Origin: Candidatus Latescibacterota bacterium
Lineage (GTDB): Bacteria > Latescibacterota > UBA2968 > UBA8231
Length of the DNA stretch: 64,000 bases
Direction of reading: 5' to 3'
Assembly (NCBI GenBank): GCA_965221775.1
Contig: CBDCSU010000004.1
Location: forward strand, 224,001 to 288,000
This document shows positions 26,108 through 35,087 of the stretch, in pieces. Both the position numbers and the translations under genes were made by a program. Under the pieces are notes generated by a model. The model saw nothing but the letters and a program-made list of their open reading frames with translations. It was not told the DNA's origin and did no database searches. Positions within the stretch are counted from its first letter, which is position 1. Every line of letters starts with the position of its first letter.

Positions 26108-27241
26108 ATGGCAAAACTGAAGGCCGCACTGATCGGAGGCGGAGGGCCGGGCAACTTCTTCGGACATGTGCACAAGCGCGCCATCGCCCTCGACAACAGC
26201 CGGGAGCTGGTCGCCGGCGCTCTTCGCAGCGATCCCGTGGAGGCCATGGCGGCGGCCGCCGATTACGACGTGACGGGATACCCCAGCCACTCCGCGCTGC
26301 TGGAGGCCGTGAAAAAGGGCGACCAGCCCCTCGACTACGTGACCATCGTGACCCCCAACCACGCCCACTACGAACCGGCGAGGGCCTTCGTGGAGGCGGG
26401 GATTCCCGTGCTCTGCGAAAAGCCGGTCACCATGACGGTGGAGGAGGCCGAGGACCTTCAGCGCCGTGTCGAGGCCCGCGGCGTTCCCTTCGTCCTCGCC
26501 CACACCTACACCGGTCATCCGATGATGATGCTCGCCAAGGAGCTGGTGCGGCAGGGCCGGGTCGGAGAGGTTCGCAAGATCGAGGCGTTCTACAACCAGG
26601 GCTGGCTGGCCACGGCCCTGGAGACGGAAGGACTGCAGCAGGCCGAGTGGCGAACCGACCCGTCCCGGACGGGTATCTCCAACTGCGGCGGCGACATCGG
26701 CACCCACGCCTTCATCGCCGCCACCTGGGTCAGCGGCCACTCCGTCAAGCGGGTCTCGGCCCGGCTGAGCGCCTTCGTCGACGGACGCGTTCTCGACGAC
26801 GACTTCAACGTCATCGCCGAACTCGACAACGGCGGCACGGCGGTGATCACGGCTACGCAGATCGCCATCGGCTACAAGAACGACCACGGCTTCCGCATCT
26901 ACGGGAGCGAGGGCTCGCTGGAGTGGAACCAGGAACAGGCCGAGTCCCTCCTGGTGCGCACCGGCGAGGTGGACGAGACCTACTGGATCGGGGGCAACTT
27001 CTCCTTTTTCCCCGAGTCGGTGGCCTCCTACCTCCGGCTTCCCTCCGGCCACCACGACGACTTCTTCGGCGCCCTGGCCAATCTGCACACCTCCCTGGAA
27101 CGGCTGATCCGCAGAGGACGGGGCGAGGAGGCCCCCGCAGCCTTCGACCATCCAGGGGCAGCCGAGGGCGTGGCCGGGATGCGCTTCGTGAAGGCCGCCG
27201 TGGACAGTTCCGCGGCCGGGGGGGCGTGGACGGATGTGTGA
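26108..27241 (+). CDS. Gfo/Idh/MocA family oxidoreductase
   Basis: IGGGG..FFG.VH, VTPNHAH, CEKP, QGWL, WRTDP, GDIGTHA. Confidence 0.92.
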   Translation: MAKLKAALIGGGGPGNFFGHVHKRAIALDNSRELVAGALRSDPVEAMAAAADYDVTGYPSHSALLEAVKKGDQPLDYVTIVTPNHAHYEPARAFVEAGIPVLCEKPVTMTVEEAEDLQRRVEARGVPFVLAHTYTGHPMMMLAKELVRQGRVGEVRKIEAFYNQGWLATALETEGLQQAEWRTDPSRTGISNCGGDIGTHAFIAATWVSGHSVKRVSARLSAFVDGRVLDDDFNVIAELDNGGTAVITATQIAIGYKNDHGFRIYGSEGSLEWNQEQAESLLVRTGEVDETYWIGGNFSFFPESVASYLRLPSGHHDDFFGALANLHTSLERLIRRGRGEEAPAAFDHPGAAEGVAGMRFVKAAVDSSAAGGAWTDV

Positions 27242-27372
27242 GGCACGCGAGGCGGGGGCCAGGCAGGCCCGCCATTCGTGAAGGCGGCGCTTGCTCACCG
27301 GGGATGAGCGTCCTATTTTGAGCGAAGTCCAACCTTTGCGAACCACGATGTGGCTTTGAGGAGGGCAAGCCC

Positions 27373-28305
27373 ATGCGCTGTCATCTGCGGCTTCTGATCG
27401 GTGCCGCTTTCGTTCTGTCCCTGGTGACGGTTTCGGAAGCGGTGGTGAACATCCAGAATCTCGGGGCCGGCGCGCGGTCGGCGTCCCTGGGCAACGCCTT
27501 CGTGGCGGTGGCCGACAACGGCGATGCGATGTTCGCCAACCCGGCGGGTCTGGCGACCTTGACGGGGCGCCAGGTGGCGTACACCAACGTGTCGCTTCTG
27601 CACTCGGGTCTGGAGGAGGACGACCTCGGCCAGCACGTGGTGTCTCTGACGCAGCCCCTGGGCGGCCGTCTGGCGCTGGGGGTGGGCTACGAGCGCATCG
27701 GCTCGGAGCAGATGTCGGAGAACGGGGCGTTTCTGGGCGTGGGCTATCGCCTGAGCCGGGATCTTCAGTTGGGTCTGACGGGCAAGTACGTGTTCTGGCA
27801 GGTGTCGGACTTCGACAGCAACGATCCGGTGTCGGGTCAGAGCGCGGGTTCGGTGGGCGCCGACGTGGGTCTTCTGTGGCGGACACCGTTTCAGGGGGCT
27901 CGTCTGGGGGTTCAGCTGCAGAACGTCCTTCAGCCGAACGCCACCTGCAACTGCGGGTCCGGCGGCTCCCTGGAGTCGGGGGCGGGGGACCTTCCGATGG
28001 ACCTGTCGGTGGGCGTGAGCCACCGCCGGGACCAGATGCTTCTCTCGGTTCAGTGGTCGGTCCGGGACGTGGGCGGCGAGGGTTCGGAGAGCCGTCTGGT
28101 GCTGGGCGGGGAGACGAGCCTGGTGGAGGGTCTGATGCTCCGCGCCGGCGGCAGCCGGGCCTTCGAAGAGGACGCCAAGGGCGACCTGAACGCGGGTCTG
28201 GGGTACCGGTGGAACAAGATGCTCTTCGACTACGGCTACCACATCCCCCTCGAACTGTCCGAGGCCAACGGCTCCCACCGATTCTCCCTGGCTTGGCAAC
28301 TGTAG
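27373..28305 (+). CDS. PorV/UPF0164-like outer-membrane beta-barrel
   Basis: Signal peptide; GARSASLGNAFVAVAD...NPAGL plug motif; amphipathic strands; C-terminal HRFSLAWQL. Confidence 0.7.
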   Translation: MRCHLRLLIGAAFVLSLVTVSEAVVNIQNLGAGARSASLGNAFVAVADNGDAMFANPAGLATLTGRQVAYTNVSLLHSGLEEDDLGQHVVSLTQPLGGRLALGVGYERIGSEQMSENGAFLGVGYRLSRDLQLGLTGKYVFWQVSDFDSNDPVSGQSAGSVGADVGLLWRTPFQGARLGVQLQNVLQPNATCNCGSGGSLESGAGDLPMDLSVGVSHRRDQMLLSVQWSVRDVGGEGSESRLVLGGETSLVEGLMLRAGGSRAFEEDAKGDLNAGLGYRWNKMLFDYGYHIPLELSEANGSHRFSLAWQL

Positions 28306-28335
28306 GGGCGGCACTCAGGGTTTCAGGACTACGAC

Positions 28336-28371
28336 ACCGGGCCGTCCCCTTGCGGGGGCGGCCCGGTTTTT
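28336..28371 (+). terminator. Rho-independent terminator
   Basis: 14-bp stem ACCGGGCCGTCCCC/GGGGGCGGCCCGGT followed by a T-run. Confidence 0.85.
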
Positions 28372-28396
28372 CTGCCGGAGGTCCCGATTCCTCTCC

Positions 28397-29401
28397 TCAG
28401 GCCACCCGGTACCGTTCGACCACCTCGAGGTCGACGTCGATCCCCAGGCCGGGCCCCTCGGGCACGATGAAGTGGCCCCCTTCGACGGCGAGGGAACCAT
28501 CGCAGATATCGGCGACGCGGGTGAAGGGCAGCTCGTCGCAGGGCAGCGTGGCGTTGGGAATCGTCGCCTGCAGGTGCACGGAATAGGCTGCGTGAACGCC
28601 CAGGCACAGTCCCCCCGCCTGCACCCAGATGGGCACGTTGGCCGCCTGGGCCAGGGCGGCGCAGGTTCGGATCTGCACGGCGCCCCCTCCGATGTTCAGG
28701 TAGTCGACGGCCTCGGCCTTGAGCGCCGCCAGGACGGAGGGAGGCGAGCCGAGGTGGAGTGCCTGGGGGATCCATGTCTTCTCACGCAGCAGCCGGTACC
28801 AGTCGAGATTGTCCTTGAGGACCGGATCCTCGAAGTTGGCCACCGTTCCGAAGGGCTCGAGTTCGGCGGCGAGCCTCGCCGCCTCGGAGGGCTGCACGAA
28901 CTGGGTGTTCGGGTCGACGCCGACCGTGTAGTCGGGTCCGGCGGCCTCCTTCATCAGCCGCACCGTCTCGACGATGTCCCAGGGCCGCGCCTTGAGCTTG
29001 TGGTTGGTGAATCCCAGGCGCGCGCCGACCTCGGCCTCGGCAGCCGTCTCGGCCGGCTCCATGTGGCAGGACCAGTAGGAGACCGGGACCCTGTCGCGCA
29101 CCTTGGCGCCGAAGAAACGGTGCAAGGGCACGCCCCAGGCCTGGCCTGCGATGTCGAGCAGGGCGCAACAGATGGGGTCCGGCTGGGCCATGGCGTCGAG
29201 GCCCAGCGGGTCCTGGCCGGCGAAGGCGGAGAACCCTGCCTCGAGATCCGTCTTGCGGCCCTGGCACTCCCCCCAGCCGGTCAGACCTTCGTCCGTGGTC
29301 AGGCGGACGAGGGTGAGATCGTAGATCTTGGGGACGTACCTGGCGATGGGAGGTATGGGGGGGATCTCCACCTCGAAGAGATCCACTTCCGTGATCTTCA
29401 T
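28397..29401 (-). CDS. Mandelate racemase/muconate lactonizing enzyme family protein
   Basis: TDEGLTGWGE, DIAGQAWGVP, KLK, VDPN, FEDP, PEGPGLG. Confidence 0.88.
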   Translation of the reverse strand: MKITEVDLFEVEIPPIPPIARYVPKIYDLTLVRLTTDEGLTGWGECQGRKTDLEAGFSAFAGQDPLGLDAMAQPDPICCALLDIAGQAWGVPLHRFFGAKVRDRVPVSYWSCHMEPAETAAEAEVGARLGFTNHKLKARPWDIVETVRLMKEAAGPDYTVGVDPNTQFVQPSEAARLAAELEPFGTVANFEDPVLKDNLDWYRLLREKTWIPQALHLGSPPSVLAALKAEAVDYLNIGGGAVQIRTCAALAQAANVPIWVQAGGLCLGVHAAYSVHLQATIPNATLPCDELPFTRVADICDGSLAVEGGHFIVPEGPGLGIDVDLEVVERYRVA

Positions 29402-29462
29402 GGGGTCGGCCTTTCTCGGGAGTCGCCGCGGGCTGCGCCGGAGCACAAGATAGGAGGTTCCG

Positions 29463-30212
29463 TTGGAAGCCGCCTCGACGACGCACCTGGGAATTCTGAA
29501 CGCGGTCCTGGCCCTGGCAGCCCTCGTCGCCTCGGTAACCGGCTTCGGCTACGCCATGGTGGCCGTGCCCTTGCTGGTGGTGCTGCTCCCCCCGCTTCAG
29601 CTGGTGCCCGTGGTGCTCATCAGCTGGGTTCCCCTCGCCCTCGTGCTGATCGCCCAGAGCTGGAGGCACCTCAACCCGGGGCGGCTCCTCCAACTCCTCG
29701 CCGGCGCCCTCCTCGGCGCGCCCGTCGGCCTGTGGCTGCTGTCCTCCCTGGCCGAGGGCACGATGCGGTCCGTCATCGGCGGCATCACGCTCCTGGCCGC
29801 GGGAGCCCTCGTGGTCAGGCCCGGCCGGCCCTTCGCCCGCGAGGGACCGCCCCTGTTGGCGGCAGGTCTGGCCGGCGGGATCATGGGGGGCGCCAGCGGC
29901 ATGTCGGGTCCTCCCATCGTGCTGCTCGGCCTCAAGCAGGGCTGGGAACCCCAGGGCTTCCGCGTCGACCTGCTCTGCTTCTTCCTCCTGCTGCACGGTT
30001 CGGTGGCGGCCGGGCTCGGTGGGTTGGGTCTCCTCTCCGCCGGGACCTTCCGCCTGTCCCTCGCCGTGCTCCCGGGGGTCTTTCTCGGCTTTGCCGCCGG
30101 CATGAGGCTCAGGGGGCGCATCGACGCGGCCATGTATCGGCGACTGGCTGTCATTCTCGTGGTGGCCGGAGGGATCTGGGCGCTTCTCTCCCCCCTGACC
30201 GAAGGCCTGTAG
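29463..30212 (+). CDS. TauE/SafE (TSUP) family membrane transporter
   Basis: GFGYAM..P, GAPVG, GGASGMSGPP motifs; about 8 TM segments. Confidence 0.88.
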   Translation: MEAASTTHLGILNAVLALAALVASVTGFGYAMVAVPLLVVLLPPLQLVPVVLISWVPLALVLIAQSWRHLNPGRLLQLLAGALLGAPVGLWLLSSLAEGTMRSVIGGITLLAAGALVVRPGRPFAREGPPLLAAGLAGGIMGGASGMSGPPIVLLGLKQGWEPQGFRVDLLCFFLLLHGSVAAGLGGLGLLSAGTFRLSLAVLPGVFLGFAAGMRLRGRIDAAMYRRLAVILVVAGGIWALLSPLTEGL

Positions 30213-30303
30213 CGCGCTGGCGGTGCACCTGGGTGGCCCCTCGCCGCAACGTGGGCCGGGGCTCACGGCCCCGGCTCCGGCCATCCGGAAGGAAGGGGTT
30301 CTG

Positions 30304-30984
30304 ATGGACGGGAAGACGGCTGCCCTGCAGGCCACCGACAGCGTCCGCCGCTACTACGAGGAGCGGGGGATCTTCATGCGGCGATGGGGTTTCGGTCGCA
30401 GCCCGGCACTCGTCGTCATCGACATGGCCTACGGCTGGACCGACGCGGCCTACGCCACCGGCTCACGGAGGCTGGACGAAGCCGTGGAGGGCATCGGCCG
30501 GCTCCTGCCCCTCTGCCGGGAGAGGGGGGTGCCGGTGATCTACACCACCTCTCCCTACCGGCCGGAGGAAGAGGAGGAGCCCATGCCCCGGCGCGGTGAC
30601 CCGGCCTCGCGGCCCTGGGACGCCCGCGCCTGCGAGATCGACGCCAGGCTGGCGCCCGACCCGGGGGAGCTGGTGATCCTCAAGGAGAACGCTTCCGCTT
30701 TCTTCGGTACCCATCTGGCTCCCTACCTCGTGGAGCGCGGCGTCGACACGGTACTCGTCACGGGATGCTCCACCAGCGCCTGCGTGCGCGCCACGGCCAC
30801 CGATGCCCGGGCCTATCGCTTCCGGGCGATCGTGCCCCGCCAGTGCGTGCAGGACCGCTGCGAGGCCGCCCACGAGTACAACCTCTTCGACATCGATGCC
30901 AAGTTCGGGGACGTGGTCGACATCGAGGAGGCCGCCGGATATCTCCGCGGCTTGCCCGAAGAGGACTCCCTAGGCGCCTCGTGA
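30304..30984 (+). CDS. Isochorismatase-family cysteine hydrolase (N-carbamoylsarcosine/maleamate amidase-like)
   Basis: ALVVID, K..ASAFFGT, GCSTSACVRATATDA, NLFDIDAKFGDV. Confidence 0.88.
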   Translation: MDGKTAALQATDSVRRYYEERGIFMRRWGFGRSPALVVIDMAYGWTDAAYATGSRRLDEAVEGIGRLLPLCRERGVPVIYTTSPYRPEEEEEPMPRRGDPASRPWDARACEIDARLAPDPGELVILKENASAFFGTHLAPYLVERGVDTVLVTGCSTSACVRATATDARAYRFRAIVPRQCVQDRCEAAHEYNLFDIDAKFGDVVDIEEAAGYLRGLPEEDSLGAS

Positions 30985-32012
30985 GAATCCTGGTCACCGG
31001 CATCACGGGCCGCATCGGCGCCAATCTGGCGGCCCGGCTCGCGCAGGGCGGGCACGAGGTCCGAGGTCTGGTGTGGGAGGGGGACCGGCGTACCGGCAAG
31101 CTGGAAGGCCTCGGCGTGGAACTGGTCGAGGGCAGCCTGACCGAACCCGGGGACGTGGACTCGGCAGTGGACGGCATGGAGGCGGTCTATCACCTCGGGG
31201 CGGCCTTCCAGGGCGGGGGGCCTTTCACCGAGGAGGACTACTTCCGCGCCAACGTGGGCGGCACCTTCCACGTCCTGGAGGCCTGCCGGCGCCAGCCCGG
31301 GTTCCGGCACCTGCTCTTCGCCAGCAGCGACGCCCTCTACGAGAAGTACGTCCCCGGAGGCCTGGATGGCCCGATCACCGAGGACATGCCGCGGCGCCCT
31401 TCGGGCTGGTATGCCCTGTCGAAGGCCCTCGGGGAGGAGATGTGCGAGGGGTACTGGCGCAGTTGCCGGCTGCCGGTGACGATCCTGCGCTTCTCCATGG
31501 TCCTCGGCGCCGGGGAGGTCCTCGACTTCCCGCAGTTCTACCTCAGCCGGATGAAGGAGGGCCGCCCCGAGCTCGAGGCTCTATGGGAAGGGGAGGAGCG
31601 CCTGGTGCTGTTGAAGGACGACGCCGGACGGCCCTGGATGAAGCACGTGGCCGACGTGCGCGACATCGTCCAGGGCTGCCTCTGCGCCCTCGGCAGGGAG
31701 CGGGCCCATGGCCGGCGGTACCAGCTGGCGGGTCCCCGGGCCTTCACCTGGGACGAGGTCATCTACCGGCTCACCGAGATCCTGGGGATCCCTTTCGTCG
31801 AAGCCCGGCCGGGAGGGATACCCACCCGCTACGAGTTCGATCTGACACGCGCGATGCAGGAGCTGGGTTTCCGGCCCGAGTACGACATCGTGCGCATGAT
31901 CGTCGATGCCCTTTCCCATCGCCGGGGGGAGCCGACGGGCGTCGTCCCTACACACCAGAGCCGGGCGGCCGCAGGAGAGAGGAAGGCATGGGGAGTGACC
32001 GGGAGCAGTTGA
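30981..32012 (+). CDS. NAD-dependent epimerase/dehydratase
   Basis: ILVTGITGRIG, ASS, YALSK; GTG overlaps upstream stop. Confidence 0.88.
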   Translation: MRILVTGITGRIGANLAARLAQGGHEVRGLVWEGDRRTGKLEGLGVELVEGSLTEPGDVDSAVDGMEAVYHLGAAFQGGGPFTEEDYFRANVGGTFHVLEACRRQPGFRHLLFASSDALYEKYVPGGLDGPITEDMPRRPSGWYALSKALGEEMCEGYWRSCRLPVTILRFSMVLGAGEVLDFPQFYLSRMKEGRPELEALWEGEERLVLLKDDAGRPWMKHVADVRDIVQGCLCALGRERAHGRRYQLAGPRAFTWDEVIYRLTEILGIPFVEARPGGIPTRYEFDLTRAMQELGFRPEYDIVRMIVDALSHRRGEPTGVVPTHQSRAAAGERKAWGVTGSS

Positions 32013-33331
32013 AGGACTCCGTCTGCGCCTCCGTCGAGGCCAGCCGTGAGCGCATCGTCTCCCTCGGAGAGTCGGTGATGGACGAGCCGGAGGTCGGGTT
32101 CAAGGAGCACCGCACCGCCGACCGGGTGAAATCGATATTCGAGGAGGCGGGCCTGCCCTTCGAGGAGGGCCTCGCCCTCACGGGAGTGCGGGCGGTCCTG
32201 GAGGGAGGGCGGCCCGGGCCCACCGTCGCCCTCATGGGCGAGCTGGACGCCCTGGTCCTTCCCGGCCATCCGCGCGCCGACGGAACGACCGGCGCGGCCC
32301 ACGCCTGCGGCCACAACGCCCAGATCGCCGGTCTCGCGGGTGCCGCCCTGGGTCTGGCCGCGTCGAACGTCGCCCGGCAGCTGTCCGGGCGCGTCGTGTT
32401 CTTCGCCGTTCCCGCCGAGGAGTACGTGGAGATCGACTACCGTCTCGACCTCGTGCGCCGCGGCCGGACCACTTTCCTGGCCGGCAAGCCGGAACTGCTG
32501 CAGCTGGGCGCCTTCGACGACATCGACATGGCGGTGATGATCCACTCGGGAAGCGCCGACACCCTGGAAGGCTCCTACGCTCTGTCCGAATCGTCGAACG
32601 GCTTCCTGGCCAAGAGCGTCCGCTTCCGCGGCAAGGCCGCGCACTCCGGGCTGGCGCCCGAGCGGGGGGTGAATGCCCTGAACGCCGCGAACCTCGCTCT
32701 CACCGCCATCAACGGCCAGCGGGAGACCTTCCGGGACGAGGACTGCGTGCGCGTCCATCCCATCCTCACCAAGGGCGGGGACATCGTCAACATCGTCCCC
32801 GCCGAGACGCGCCTGGAGACTTACGTGCGGGCGCGCACCGACCCGGCCATGGAGGACGCCGCTGCCAAGGTCGACCGCGCCCTCAAGGGCGCGGCCATGG
32901 CCTTCGGGTGCTCGGTGGAGATCGAGACCCTGCCGGGGTACCTGCCTCTTGCCAACGACCCCGGGCTGGCCTGCCTGTTCCGCCACAGCGCCGGACGCCT
33001 GTTCGGCGAGGACGAATACCAGGCCCTTGGCCACGGCGGCGGGTCCACAGACGCGGGAGACCTGAGCCAGATCATGCCGGTCCTGCACCCGGTGATGACC
33101 GGGGCCCGCGGTGCGGCCCACGGCGTGGACTGGCACATCGCCGATGCCGAGGCCGGGTACATGGCGCCGGCGAAGACGCTGGCCATGATGGCCGTCGACC
33201 TGCTCGCCGACGACGCCGAGGGGGCCCGCCGGGTGCTGGCCGAGGCCCGGCCGCCGCTGACCCGGGAGGACTACCTCCGGCAGCAGAAGGCGCGGTTCCA
33301 GTCGGAGGTCTACGACCCCGAAGCCGCATGA
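31988..33331 (+). CDS. M20 family amidohydrolase (Acy1L2/AbgB-like)
   Basis: EPEVGFKE, GELDAL, HACGHNAQ, PAEE, GKAAH, GSTD.GD. Confidence 0.88.
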   Translation: MGSDREQLKDSVCASVEASRERIVSLGESVMDEPEVGFKEHRTADRVKSIFEEAGLPFEEGLALTGVRAVLEGGRPGPTVALMGELDALVLPGHPRADGTTGAAHACGHNAQIAGLAGAALGLAASNVARQLSGRVVFFAVPAEEYVEIDYRLDLVRRGRTTFLAGKPELLQLGAFDDIDMAVMIHSGSADTLEGSYALSESSNGFLAKSVRFRGKAAHSGLAPERGVNALNAANLALTAINGQRETFRDEDCVRVHPILTKGGDIVNIVPAETRLETYVRARTDPAMEDAAAKVDRALKGAAMAFGCSVEIETLPGYLPLANDPGLACLFRHSAGRLFGEDEYQALGHGGGSTDAGDLSQIMPVLHPVMTGARGAAHGVDWHIADAEAGYMAPAKTLAMMAVDLLADDAEGARRVLAEARPPLTREDYLRQQKARFQSEVYDPEAA

Positions 33332-33405
33332 AGGTCGCACCCCCGGCCAGGAGGCCGGCCGCGACTGCCCACGACCACCGACTACCAGTAGAGGAGGGGA
33401 CGGAG

Positions 33406-34179
33406 ATGCCGTATCGACTCGGGCTGGTTACCTACCAGCTGGCCAAGGACTGGGACGTGGAGGAGATCATCGCCAACTGCACCGAGACCGGCTTCGAGGG
33501 CGTGGAGCTGCGCACGACCCACGCCCACGGGGTCGAGGTCGAGCTCGACGCCGGGCAGCGTCAGGAGGTTCGGGCCCGTTTCGAAGGCTCGGCCGTGGCT
33601 CTGGTGGGGCTGGGCTCGGCCTTCGAGTACGACTCGGTGGACCCGGCCGAGCTGCGGAGCAACATCGAGGGCACCAAGGAGTACGCCCGCCTCGCCGCGG
33701 ACGTCGGCGCCCCGGGGATCAAGGTGCGGCCGAACAGGGTGCACGACGACGAAGGCGTCCCTCGCGAGAAGACCTTCGAGCAGATCGGCCGGGCCCTGCG
33801 CGAGTGCGGAGAGTTCGCCGCCCAGCTCGGCGTCGAGATCCGTCTCGAGGTCCACGGCCGCGTCACCTGCGAGCCGGCGCATATCCGCACCATCCTCGAC
33901 CACGCCGACCACGGCAACGTCTTCGCCTGCTGGAACTCCAACCCCCAGGACTGCGATGAGTCGGGCTCCATCGATGCCAACTACGCACTGCTGGAGAAGG
34001 AGATCCGTCTCGTTCACATCAACGAGCTGTGGAGCGGGTACCCGTGGTCCCGCCTCTTCCGCCTGCTGCGCGGCTCGGGCTATGAAGGCTTCACCCTCGC
34101 CGAGATCCCGCCGAGCCGGGACCCGCTGCGTCTGATGCGCTACTACCGCGCCCTGTGGCAGGCGAACGGAGCCGGCTGA
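33406..34179 (+). CDS. Sugar phosphate isomerase/epimerase (xylose isomerase-like TIM barrel)
   Basis: GFEGVELR..H.HG, LEVHG, VHINE, LAE; GAGGAGG RBS. An in-frame ATG at 33328 overlapping the upstream stop is an alternative start. Confidence 0.85.
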   Translation: MPYRLGLVTYQLAKDWDVEEIIANCTETGFEGVELRTTHAHGVEVELDAGQRQEVRARFEGSAVALVGLGSAFEYDSVDPAELRSNIEGTKEYARLAADVGAPGIKVRPNRVHDDEGVPREKTFEQIGRALRECGEFAAQLGVEIRLEVHGRVTCEPAHIRTILDHADHGNVFACWNSNPQDCDESGSIDANYALLEKEIRLVHINELWSGYPWSRLFRLLRGSGYEGFTLAEIPPSRDPLRLMRYYRALWQANGAG

Positions 34180-35018
34180 TGCCCGAGGTCGCCTACGTCA
34201 ACGGTGCCTTCCTGCCCATCGAGCAGGCCGTGGTCTCCATCGAGGACCGTGGCTTCCAGTTTGCCGACGGCGTCTACGAAGTGGTCGCCACCTACGATGG
34301 CCGCCCGTACGCGATGGAGGAGCACCTGCGGCGGTTGGACCGCAGCCTGCGCGAGATCCGCATCGACTTCGACGTCAGCGGGATCCCGGACCTCGTGGAA
34401 GAGGGGATTCGGCGGTCGGGCTTCGACGAGACCCTGATCTACATCCAGGTCACCCGGGGCGCGGCTCCCCGCAACCACGAGTTCCCCGACCGTCCCCCGG
34501 AACCGACGGTGGTGATGACGGTGAAGCGGCTGGAGCGCCCTGAGTCGGACCTGTACGAGAGCGGCGTCAAGGTGATCACCACCCCGGACCTGCGGTGGAA
34601 GCGCTGCGACATCAAGTCGATCGCGCTGCTGCCGAACATCCTCGCCAAGCAGCAGGCCCACGAGGCCGGCGCCTACGAGTCCCTGCTGGTGGACGATCTC
34701 GGCCAGGTGACCGAGGGATCTTCGACCAGCGCCTTCATGGTCTCCGGTGGCGCCGTGTCCACCTCACCCGCCGGGCCTCACATCCTGCCCTCGATCACCC
34801 GCGGCATCCTCCTGGAGATCATCCGCGATCTGGGGATCCCGCTCCGCGAGAGATTCTGCCGGGTCGAGGAGTACCTGGCCGCCGACGAGGTCTTTCTCGC
34901 CGGAACGTCGACCGAGGCCATGCCCGTCGTGCAGGTCGACGACACCCGGATCGGCTCCGGCCGGCCCGGCCCCCTGACACTGCGGATCCGGGAGGCCTTC
35001 CTCTCCAGGGTCGGCTGA
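34179..35018 (+). CDS. dat: Class IV PLP aminotransferase, D-amino-acid transaminase-like
   Basis: EDRGFQFADGVYE, YIQVTRG..PRNH.FP, DLRW.RCDIKS, TEGSS, ILPSITR. Confidence 0.85.
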   Translation: MPEVAYVNGAFLPIEQAVVSIEDRGFQFADGVYEVVATYDGRPYAMEEHLRRLDRSLREIRIDFDVSGIPDLVEEGIRRSGFDETLIYIQVTRGAAPRNHEFPDRPPEPTVVMTVKRLERPESDLYESGVKVITTPDLRWKRCDIKSIALLPNILAKQQAHEAGAYESLLVDDLGQVTEGSSTSAFMVSGGAVSTSPAGPHILPSITRGILLEIIRDLGIPLRERFCRVEEYLAADEVFLAGTSTEAMPVVQVDDTRIGSGRPGPLTLRIREAFLSRVG

Positions 35019-35033
35019 GCCCCGTACATCAAA

Positions 35034-35063
35034 CGAGGGGAACCGGTCCTCCGGTCCCCCTCG
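35034..35063. terminator. Hairpin between convergent genes, probable bidirectional terminator
   Basis: CGAGGGGAACCGG-TCCT-CCGGTCCCCCTCG. Confidence 0.65.
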
Positions 35064-35087
35064 CCAGTCCTTCAGGGCCGATTCCGA

